Shown one piece after another: positions 1 to 10,035 of a stretch of DNA of 64,000 bases. This DNA comes from Azolla caroliniana (lineage: Eukaryota > Plantae > Polypodiophyta). The notes beneath the pieces are model-generated. The model was given only the letters and a program-made list of their open reading frames with translations. It was not told the origin of the DNA and ran no database searches. The stretch is from assembly GCA_043228905.1 (NCBI GenBank), contig JBHGNT010000004.1, positions 21,452,001 to 21,516,000 on the forward strand, written 5' to 3'. Position numbers and translations under genes: made by a program. Every line of letters begins with the position of its first letter. Within the stretch, counting starts at the first letter, position 1.

Positions 1-183
1 AGCGCCAACGACAACAGGACGTACCATCTGGCGGAACTCGACGGTACGAGAATGGCGATACCGGTAGCGGGGAAGCGGATCAAAGCGTTCAAGAAGCGTC
101 ACGACGACGAGCCAGATCCGGTTGGCCTGGACCGCGACGACAAACGATCCGAAACCGAGGAAGAACCGACGGGCGGGGAATGA
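1..183 (+). pseudogene. C-terminus of a Gypsy (Phygy-like) integrase; element truncated by the window start
   Basis: Frame 1 reads SANDNRTYHLAELDGTRMAIPVAGKRIKAFKKRHDDEP...*, nearly identical to the end of ORF 10036..10938 (TYHLVELDGTRMVIPVAGKRIKAFKKRHDGEP). It is followed by PPT ggttaggtgggggcgga. Confidence 0.9.
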
Positions 184-256
184 AGGCTGGACCGGTTTTC
201 TCCGTCCCAACTCAATTTGGCGCATGCCGGTGGATGCGCGGTTAGGTGGGGGCGGA

Positions 257-886
257 TGTCGTGAAGAAAACCGTCCACAAGCGGAATCGGTGCACAGGAG
301 CGTCGGAACCGGCTCTTCTCGAATGTTGTCCATAGAAGATCCTAGGCGGGTAGATTTAGTGGGTAGGAAGTAAAGGGGAAACGGCTCCTTCCTTGCCTAT
401 AAAAGGGAGGGAGACGAGAAGGGGGGGGGATCGCGGAGAGTCGAGGACGAAATGTTGTCGGTTTGCGTGCGAAGGCTTCTCTCTCTCTCTCTCTGGTTTG
501 CAAACGCCATAGCTTCCTTCTGTGCAGGTTCGGGAGGCTCGCGTTGCTCTGAGGAATGCCCGAGTGCTTCCGGCAGCACCTCCAACCTACTCCTTCCTCT
601 CTGTGCGTTTACGAGCAGGTATCAGCATCTGTTTGCCGGCCTGTTCGGTTGTAACCGACTTCGTGTTTTGTTGTCTTCGTGTTCTTGTTGTTTGTCTTTG
701 TTAATACATACATACATTCGTGTCTTTCTGTGTCGCTGTTCCACTTGCGTCTTTGCGTCGAAGGGCCGTGTCCCTGTGGATCTACGCTCGCACGTAGAGG
801 GTTTCTTCCCCTTCCTCTCTTGCTCTTTGGTACAGGACCCCCGAGGTTCCGCCTCATTCCACGCATCCGTGAGGAATGCCTCGACA
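257..886 (+). mobile_element. 3' LTR of Phygy-like Gypsy element A (630 bp)
   Basis: Starts TGTCGTGAAGAAAACC right after the PPT, as in the LTR of the 7502-17059 element, and ends CTCGACA. Contains TATA cctataaaag near 396 and a (CT)n tract. Followed by ACGT. Confidence 0.85.
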
Positions 887-3071
887 ACGTGAAACGTGAA
901 TTTCTGCCCTAGCAGATAATTTCCGCCCTAGCAGATCATACCCAACGCCTCACGTTTCGTTGTGGAATAGTTACGCTCTTCCACGGCCTAGCGGAATCGT
1001 GGGACTAGTTGCAATAGCTTCTCCATGGTTAACGTTATCTCGCAGCCTATTAGTGCTTGCCATATGGGGTTCGGGGATGATCCCTCTTCCTCCAATAGCT
1101 CCACCGTGTTTGCGGACTCCTTCCGCATGCGCTCCATATTTGTCGCATTTGCTTTTTCAACCAATGCTTGGGTCGTCCGCTGTATCTCATCTTGCGCAGC
1201 CCAATCAACATTTTTTGTTTGCTGACGTGTCGTGAATTGTTGTACTTCCGCCGTAACTGTATTGACGGTGGGCCCCTTGCCCTTACGTACTGGGCATTGT
1301 GTGGCATAATGTCCGGGCTGTTGACAAACAAAACAATGTATTCTAGATTCGCCCTTCTCGACCCCTGGTGGTGTATGCTGATCCCCAGGTGTGACTTGCT
1401 TCTCCCGGTCCTAATTCGTTCATTAGAGCGTAAGCGGTAGTTGATGTTGGTCTCACCGTGGTTCCTGATGCCGGTCATCGTCTGAACTTTCGTCGTATCG
1501 CCGTTGGTCCTGATATTGACGATGCTTTTCGTGAGGCCCATTGAAGCCGCCACGTTTGTTCGTCGGACGGTAATTCTCATAGCGTCAGCCCCCTTTTGTA
1601 TTTCTGGGGTTGCCATGACAGTCTTCATCCTCCGGCTCGTCCTCCTCGGAATCGTTGTGATTCCGGAGATTCTGGTAGTGCCGGTCATTGTGTGGGTTTC
1701 GATCCATATACCGTGGTCGTTCTTCTTGCCGCCTTTGTTCATTACGGCGTGGGGGACGCTGTGTTTCCATGCTGCGTATAGTGGGCGTGGCTCTGTTCAA
1801 CATATTGTACTCGCACTACTCAACTGTGTGAGCTTTCGAGTGACAGATTGGATAGTGGATTCGCATGTTGCATTCAACTGCGGAATGCCCCGAATTCAAG
1901 CAAATCGTGCACTGGATCGCTTGACGAAAATGTCATTCCTCGTCCCGAGGTAACGCTTGTCGTAATGAGGACATGGAAAACCTTTCCTCTTCTTCTTCCA
2001 GCTCGAGCTGTAGCGCTCTTTCTATGACCATATCGACTGTTTCCCCTTTCACGCTATTGTTGTTGAGCGTTGTCCATATGGGTTGGCGTAATGGTACCAG
2101 AAATGTCTCCCTCACCTCGTCCTCCGTCGGGCCTCGTTCTAATTTCCGCCGTAGATTTTGGAAGCGTAAACTGAAATCCACTACCGTCTCAGTCGGCAAC
2201 TGTTTAATTGTGTAAAATTGCCCGAAGATTTCGTGTTGCGGCACCCTCCAATGAAAAAACCGCAGAAAGGCTGACCATAGCTGGTCGAAGGTAGTGATTG
2301 CTGGCAGATCCATCTGCGAATGCCAAAACGTCGCTCTCCCATCCAAGGTTAATCCGAATTCCATCATTTTGGACTGGTGCGCTATTGGCTCGGAAAGGCT
2401 CTGCGCCATGTGGTTGGCATTCTAGACATTGAGGAACAGTTGCTATTCTTCGTCCAAAATATCCAGAATGCTTTGTTCAAGAGTCTCCAATGGTTCATCT
2501 GGAATTGGTTGTTGTTACGACTGGTCCTTTGGTGGCTGCTGCGGCTGCTCCTCCGTTCGTTGCTCTGACACCGGCGTCTCTGTCGTTGCTTCCTCCGTCG
2601 TAGTGGTCTCCGGTTGACTAATTCCGGGCTGGCCCTCGGCCGACGACGGTTCCTCATCACTAAGGTTAACCGTTGCCGCTTCCCGTGCTTTTTCTTCCCG
2701 AACCCGGGACCGCTCGTAGCTTTCAAACTGGATTTGAGCGTCCAGCCTATCATCATCTAGCTGAGCTACGAGTTGCCAGACCTGCGCCAGTTGTTCATCC
2801 GCCAGGACTTGGAAGTCATCGGCCAGCTCGTCCCGTATGGCGGTGAAGTCCTCGGAAGTCAACGTGTAACAATCATCTCCTTCCTTCCGCCGGTTTGCCA
2901 CGTCTGCCCGTAGTAATTGGAGTTCCGCCGCGTTTTGTGCCCAGTTTGTCCACCATCTTACGAAGCTTTCGTCAATCAAGCGTTTTGTTTGATTCAGCCA
3001 TGCCCAGAGGATGTACTGAATCCGGCCCGTTCCCAATTGCGATTTGATTTCCCCCTTGAGGGGGTAGATAC

Positions 3072-3442
3072 TGTTGGGAGACAGGTCCCTCCGGATGGGA
3101 AGGGAGAAGAACAATGCCGAAACGGTATGAGGAGTACCCGGCTACGGAGAGCCGGATGATACAGGCCCGGTGTGAACCGGATGAGTAGTACCCGGCTACG
3201 GAGAGCCGGATGGTGCAGGCCCGGTGTGAACCGGATGAGGAGTACCCGGCTACCGAGAACCAGATGGTGCAGGCCCGGTACGAACCGGAGGAAGAGACAT
3301 ATTCGTAAATATGTTTTTGAGAGCCCATCGTGGCTATATTTGTAAATAGCCGAAAAGTCATATTAGTATAAATATGACTTAGGGCAAACTAATAGTGTTG
3401 TTGTCATTTTTCTGTATTACACGAGATTAGTGTGTGTAACTG

Positions 3443-3479
<37 letters not shown>

Positions 3480-3754
3480 GTCGTTGCCTTTGTTGTAACC
3501 GCCGCCTGTGGCGAAGAGCGTGAGTCCGAGGTCGTTGCCTCCGAGAACTCACTGTTTTGTACATTCATACATAGTGACAGTTTGCAGCCTGTGGGCTGCC
3601 GTGGTTTTTTCCCCCTAGTTTGGGGTTTTCCACGTTAACCTCCTGTGTACCATTTCTCTTCTTTGTGTCGTGTTCTACTTCCCGTTTTTCTGTGTATGAA
3701 AAGAATCTCGGTTGTGGCCGAGCCTTGCGCATAAGGAACGTTGAGTTCCCGTCA
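3072..3754 (+). mobile_element. Solo LTR, family B (683 bp)
   Basis: TGTTGGGA...CCCGTCA termini with perfect 5-bp TSD GATAC (3067-3071 and 3755-3759). Homologous to 12416-13105 and 36752-37387. Confidence 0.92.
3120..3290 (+). repeat. 54-bp tandem repeat (about 3 copies) in the U3 of the family B LTR
   Basis: Unit gaaccggatgaggagtacccggctacggagagccggatggtgcaggcccggtgt starts at about 3120, 3174 and 3228, with a partial copy at 3282. Confidence 0.9.
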
Positions 3755-4344
3755 GATACATAGGGGTGTAAGCCCCCTCGAGCATTCATATTGGACACTC
3801 ACTCACACCTCCTGGTATCCATCCACATGCACACACGTGTGCATGTGTTCACATATGTATAGACTCACAATTACATTTATGCCCCCTACACATACACAAC
3901 AACATCATGATAACATTCAACCCTCGCTCATCACACTTGACTCTCTGTACATCTCGTACGGGGTAACACAATATGGCACGCCCGTGGGAGAGTGCCTTGC
4001 ACGTTGATCCCACATGCCTTGATGATGATATTTCTTCGACCGGGACTTCCATCGGTCCTTTCAACGATCGACTCCCTCGATCGGAATGCTTGACTCGAAC
4101 ATCTTTGTGGGTCACCAAATCGTCCGCGACACAAACATTCTCGTTCTATCGGCTTACGAACTTCGTCATGGGTCCAAAATCATGTTGTATGTATGTGTGT
4201 TCTTCCTTTGTTTTGAGTGTGTGTGAGTAGTCTTGGGGATTTTCAAAATTCTAGTGGTGCCCTCTTGTTTTAAAAATTTTATATTGTACCCTTATGTTTA
4301 TGAAATCTGCTTGATAGCCCTCAAATATTTTAAAATTTCGCCGC

Positions 4345-6100
4345 ATGCCCCTCTCTTCTCTTTTTCCCTCTCATTTGAGTTTCGTTTTTAGGTCGTTTTT
4401 TTGTGTTTTTCTTCTTTTTGTCTTCTTCTCTTTTGCATTTCTCTGTTTTCTATTTCTTCCACTTCCTCTTCTTCTTCTTCTTCTTCTTCTTCTTCTTCTT
4501 CATCTTTTCCTCTGTTTTTGCTTCTCGCATGCTTTCTTCTTTTGTGTTGCTTTGGTATGCGTTTTTCTTCTTCTTGTTCATTTCTGTTCTTCTTCTTTCT
4601 TCTTCTACTGCCATCGCTATTTCCGGCATCGTTTGCTGCTTTTTTCTCCTCCCATCGACTGTCTCTTCCGTCGGTTGTCTACCTACTGCTAGTCGGCTGT
4701 CGATGTCTCCATCATCGTTGCCATCTCTGTTTCCGTTGTCGTCGTCGTCGTTTCCATCACTTGGTCTCGTCCGGCAATCGTCATCGTCGTCCATTGCATC
4801 TGTCGGCCGTCCATCTTTGTCATTGTTTCGACCGTCATCCGGTCTCCGGTGTCTTGCGTCGTCGCCATCTTTATCTCTGTCTTTGGCTCCGTCTCCGGCC
4901 GCCTATCCAGACGTTGCACCGACTTCTCTATCATCCCTGTCCGGCGCCTGTCCATCTAGCCCGTCTTGCCATCACTATCTTTCCAGCCTTCGCTCACCGT
5001 TTCTCCATCTCTCCATCTCTATTGGTCACCACTCATTGCTATTCGGTCGGGTATTTTAGGCTTACGACCCGTCATTTCCACTCGTGCGTCCCGTCCGTCA
5101 TCCCGGCGGCATGTTTGCGTCTCCAACCCTCTGGCCGCTTCGGTTGCTCCAGCCACTGTCCGGCTATTTCGACCGGTTTCCGGCCCCGTTGTGGTTTCCT
5201 GGCTTCCGTCAGTGGCTTACTGCAGCACGTCGACTCGTCCGACTTCTCTGTTTCCGGCTATGTCGTGTCGGTGTCTTTGTCTCTATCGACCTCCCGTTTT
5301 GTCTGGCCGTTTGTCTGATCCGGTTCGGTCCTTCGTCTTTCCGGCTGTGTCTGGCTGGCTGGCCGTGTCCTTCCGGGACTTTGTCTCCATCCCTATCCAT
5401 CACTGTCGTGGTTTCCATCTCCGTCGGTTTTTTTTCTTCTTCTTTTTTTCCCTCTCCATCACCGTCTCCGTTCAGCCGTTGGCAGTCTAACCGCCGCTTC
5501 TCGGCCATTTCTTTTTGTCTTCGTCTTCTTCTCCAGCATTGTTCTGTTGTCCTCATTCTCTGTGACTGTTATGCCGCCATTCGACATTGTCACCATATTC
5601 CGGCCATGCGTCTGGTCTGTCATTCATCCCAGTTGTCGTTTGGTGTCTTTGTGCATACCGGAAATCGATCCAGCCACTATCCGGCGGCTGCCGCTCTGCT
5701 GTTGCCATTGTACGACCGCCGCTCCATCCGATCACTGTCTCTATCCGACTCGGTGGCTACTGGTCGGCCACCACTCAAGTCGTTGGTATGTGGCCACCGC
5801 CGTTCGATCGTCGTCCCGGCTCCATCACCATTCCGACTGTTCGGCCCATTGCGGTCGTTGTTTGGCGGTTCTTTGTCCAGCCCATCTGGCCACTTCTGTT
5901 CCGGTGACAGTCAGCCACTACGACCACTCTTTGGTCGCTCTCCGGCCTCTCCTCTGTGATGTCGCTGGTCTAGCCATCAAGCTTTCTTAGTACGGCTCGT
6001 TCCAGTCAGTTCCGGTAGTCGGTTCGGCTGTTGTCCAACTGCTCCCATCTTTGTTCATTTTCTCTGGCCATTGGTAATTCTTTCCTGCACACGCACATTG
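4345..6100. repeat. Pyrimidine-rich low-complexity tract including (CTT)n at about 4468-4500; retroelement non-coding region
   Basis: Strong C/T skew on the + strand with degenerate ccgtc/tcgtc/ctctg motifs. The long ORFs in several frames are compositional artefacts. Confidence 0.7.
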
Positions 6101-6413
6101 CTAGTTCTCGTACACTCGCACATCCGTATCGTCGTGTCTCATTTTGTGATTTACGCTAGCACATTGTGATCACCCTTTGCCGCACATCATCGATCCGATT
6201 TCTTGTACATTCCTTCACTACGTCCCTTCATTGACTTCTTTGCGAACATCGTCACTGTATACCATGCTTCAACTTCGTCTTGCACTTTGCCACCATCATT
6301 TGTTGCTAACCACACACTCGCACATCGTCATCGTTTCTAACCGCTTAGTCACTATGTCTTGCATCGACGCGTATCATCCTTTGACTCCGTCTCCAAAGGG
6401 GGGTCGCCTTAGT

Positions 6414-6861
6414 TGTCGCGAAAAAATGTGTTAACTCTTAGGTCCGGACAATGGCCTAACACAGAGTGTCTACGGAAGACACTTCACCAAAGGGGTGTTA
6501 CGGCAACAGGATTAGACTCAACGCTTAATCCGACTTAATTAGGTTACTTAGCAAGATCATCCTTAATAATCACACGCGTAAGATATAACCATGAATGCAG
6601 AACGGCAATTAACACAGAGAGATAAAAACACTAAGCTTTATTAATTAACTGCTGATCATTACATTGTATCCGGGCCTTTAAATAGGTTTCCGGTCTGTAG
6701 TACAAAACGGTGCCATCCGCACCTGTTCGGGATCGGTCCGGATCCGGAACGGCATACTAGTTCCGGTCCATCCGTCCACACTCATAGCTTACTTACAACC
6801 ATTCCTAATAATTAAATAACTCCCCGTTTGACACTCTAGACTCCTTTGCCGGTCGGTAACA
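6414..6861 (-). mobile_element. Probable 5' LTR of the Tat/Ogre-like element whose gag lies at 900-3790
   Basis: Minus-strand termini TGTTACC...TTTCGCGACA. TATA ctatttaaagg (about 6675-6685) and AATAAA (about 6636-6641) lie on the minus strand. The adjacent degenerate primer-binding site (PBS) aggcgacccccctttgga resembles the Arg-type TGGCGACTCCGCTGGGGA. Confidence 0.55.
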
Positions 6862-7791
6862 TCGTCGTTAAAGTGCGGATAAGCAAAGGCCATGATGGGT
6901 GCTACGACGGGCAGGGAAAGGCCACATTGCTTTTGTGGTGAGTGCGCTTCCTGCGTATCGCTGAGGTATTTGGAGAGCGAGAAATTGTCTTTGTGGTCCC
7001 GACAAGTATTACTGAGGTTACTGAGGCGAGGCTTTTGCCGTGCACGTTCCTCTGCCTGGCGTGTGATGGACCTTGTGATTGGTCAGTCTTGTCGTGTTGG
7101 TTCTTTGGGGTGTCTACGACTAAACATCCATTCTTCGTTGTTCGTCTGTGAGAAGACACAGTTCACCAAGTGTGCCAAAAGTGTTACCGATTAGGAACAT
7201 GGTCTATGGTCAGTCCTTCAACCTAGACCTCAAAGTGACTGTGTGACAACGAATGGTAGCGTCTGTGCGTAATACTTAGTGGGATACCTCCTGTAACCTA
7301 GCAGCGTATAAGGACGACGGTTACAACCAAGCTCCTTAGATAGTGGGCTAGCACACACACTGTTACTCACACCTACGCTCTTACGACTGTGCTATGCCAC
7401 CAAGGATTACAGACACACAGTAGATTAACCACATATACACACAGATATCAGAGAAGATAGAACTCTATTAAGATACGCCTTTTACATTCAAAATTACACG
7501 TTGTTGCGTTGTTACGCGCGTGCGTGGAGAACAAGGCGGGACCACTGGGGTCTTGGACCGAGGAATAAGTGAGGAAAGAGAGAGAGAGAGAGGGAGAGAG
7601 AGAGAGAGACGCTCACTCACGTATAGACAAAGAAGCGCACGGGGACGCGGCACAACAACACAGGAGACACGAGTTGAGAACACTAGAGTATGTATGTAAA
7701 TATAGGCATGTATTTGTAAGTATGCAAACGAATCGAATGGTTACAACCGACCAGGTCGGCGAGGTGGATGCCGACGCCTGATCACCCACGC

Positions 7792-9545
7792 TGTCGCGAA
7801 GTTTCGCGCGCGTGTGTTACTTGGGCGGGACCACGGGGGTCTCAGACTAGGGAGTACTCAAGGGATAGAGAAGACCCGAGGTTTGCTTTATGACAATACT
7901 ACTTCCCCACCCTTTCCCGAGCAAGGTCTCGTTCCCCTTTTGTTTTGTGAGGCCGGTGGCTCTCGTTGATCACGACTCGTCGACCTTCCGAGATCACCGT
8001 ACGAGCCAAGTGACCAAACGAGTACAAGCAAGATGAGCACGCAACATGAACGCACAAGGGGACGATAACACAAACACGAATGTCCGTACGGCTTTATGAG
8101 GAGGAGAGGTGCATGGGCGCGCCTGAACGCTCCCTCGTGACAAGACGTCGAACGTACGAGGAAGACACAAAACACACGCACAAAATGCTCGTATGCCTTT
8201 ATGAGGAGGAGAGGTGCATGGGCAAGCCCGAACGGTCCCCTCGTACAAGACGGTCGAACGTACAAGGAAGACACAAACACACGCACAAATGCTCGTACGC
8301 CTTTATGAGGAGGAGAGGTGCATGGGCAAGCCCGAACGGTCCCCTCATCACAAGACTGTCGAACGTATGAGGAAGACACAAACACACGCACAAATGCTCG
8401 TACGCCTTTACGAGGAGGAGAGGTGCATGGGCAAGCCCGAACGGTCCCCTCGTCACAAGACTGTCGAACATATGAGGAAGACACAAACACACGCACAAAA
8501 TGCTCGTACGCCTTTATGAGGAGGAGAGGTGCATGGGCAAGCCCGAACGGTCCCCTCGTCACAAGACGGCCGAACGTACAAGGAAGACACAAACACACAT
8601 ACAAATGCTCGTACGCCTTTATGAGGAGGAGAGGTGCATGGGCAAGCCCGAACGGTCCCCTCGTCACAAGACGGCCAAATGTACATGAAAGACACGAGTA
8701 AAGAAAGAAGGAGAGAAAGAAACACGAACGATATTGACCAAAGAGTTAAATACATGTTCGATTCTAATGCAAGAGGACCCTTTAGAAAATAGGGTTTTGT
8801 TTACAATGGCAACTTATAGTTAACCACAAGCTCAACCAAAACATAAATATTAAATGCCCTTAGAGACAAGGCAAAACCGAACACGGCGAAGACGAACACA
8901 CGAGCACCACCAAAATGCCAATCCCAACGAACCACGACCACCCGAACGGCAAGCACACGGGCTCGCAACGACGAACGGGGCGGAGCAACGTCGAACCAAC
9001 GAAGCTTGGGCTCACGAGCACGTGGGGATGGGGGGATGAAGGGGTATGAGATGAAGAAAAGTGGTGAATAAGGAGATGAAGAACTTCAAAGGAAAATTGG
9101 CGATAGTCTCCTCCTCCCAAAACGTCCTTCCAAATGAGCCCCCCTCGACCTCCTTTTATAGGGAAAAAAGAAGGGGGGGGTCACCAAATTTGTCTTCAAT
9201 GAAAAAGGAATAAAATTCCTTAAATCACGTTGCACTGTAAGACTAGATTCAAACCGTGCACCTCTAGCGAATAGTCAATGTGACTATCCACTAACCCACT
9301 GACACTTTCTTATATAATATATAATTCTATCTCTATAAATTTATAGCCTGTCTCCCCTCTACCCTTTATCTCACCTCTCTCTTACTTTTTGCACGAGCTT
9401 CTATACCTCCCTTTTACCCTTTCTTTTCCTTTTTATTTTGCATATGCACAATTAATCGCTTTTGTGTGCACACACATTGCACATGCACATTTTTGACCCC
9501 ATTTTCGCCGGTTTTTCCCACCCTCGAGCACGCCACATCACGACA
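7792..9545 (-). mobile_element. Long solo LTR (1754 bp) of a related Phygy-like family, inserted in the 3' LTR
   Basis: TGTCGCG...CACGACA termini with 4-bp TSD ACGC (7788-7791 and 9546-9549). Removing it restores colinearity with the 5' LTR (cccacgcacgcaggagag at about 16644). Confidence 0.88.
8080..8695. repeat. About 105-bp tandem array, about 6 copies, inside the solo LTR
   Basis: Unit tgctcgtacgcctttatgaggaggagaggtgcatgggcaagcccgaacggtcccctcgtcacaagac...gaagacacaaacacacgcacaaa starts at about 8081, 8186, 8290, 8395, 8501 and 8606. Confidence 0.95.
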
Positions 9546-10035
9546 ACGCACACAGGAGAGCAAGATGGAGATTCTGCCGGAAGCACACGGGCGTTCCTCG
9601 GAGCAGAATCAGCCTCCTGATAGCCTGCGCAAAAGAGAGCTATGGAGAATGACAGAGAAGAAGAGCTCGGTCCCAGTCCGACAGCACTTCGTTCCCTCTA
9701 GCGTGCAATACCCTTCTCTCCCCGTCTCCCTCTCTTTTATAGCTCAAGGAGGGAGGCCGCCTTGCCCGTTTACATCACATTAATTCTCTGTCCTTTCAGA
9801 CAGAGATACTCCTTGATTCTCCCTATAGAATATTGCTACCTAGGATCTAACCTTTGTGCCTTCCTATCTACTGTACCACAAGGGGCGTGCCCACGTGTAA
9901 GGGCCGGTTTACACATGCTATACACGGTTTGCGCCTGGGGACGGTTTTCTTCACGACATCCGCCCCCACGTAACCGCGCATCCACCGGTATGCGCCAAAA
10001 TTGGGTTCCTACTTGGAGAAAACCGGTCCTTGCTT

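Larger units (their letters stand above)
900..3790 (-). pseudogene. Degenerate long gag of a Tat/Ogre-like Gypsy element, interrupted by solo LTR 3072-3754 and truncated by element A
   Basis: Retrotransposon-gag core in ORF 1933..2409 (LDGRATFWH...TFDQLWSAFLRFF...IKQLPTETVVDFSLRFQ). Zinc knuckle CFVCQQPGHYATQC at about 1294-1335, plus two damaged knuckles at about 1810-1910. Multiple stops and frameshifts. Confidence 0.75.

Noticed and set aside
4345-5990. Long ORFs of 200-305 aa in several frames
   Set aside because: Low-complexity S/F/L/R-rich translations caused by pyrimidine skew; no domain motifs.
6496-6861. Solo LTR bounded by TGTTAC...GTAACA
   Set aside because: Flanks (agggg vs tcgtc) give no TSD. 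The longer 6414-6861 LTR with an adjacent PBS-like motif fits better.
8080-8695. Regular repeats resembling a CRISPR array
   Set aside because: Units are contiguous with no unique spacers, there are no cas genes, and the context is a eukaryotic LTR.
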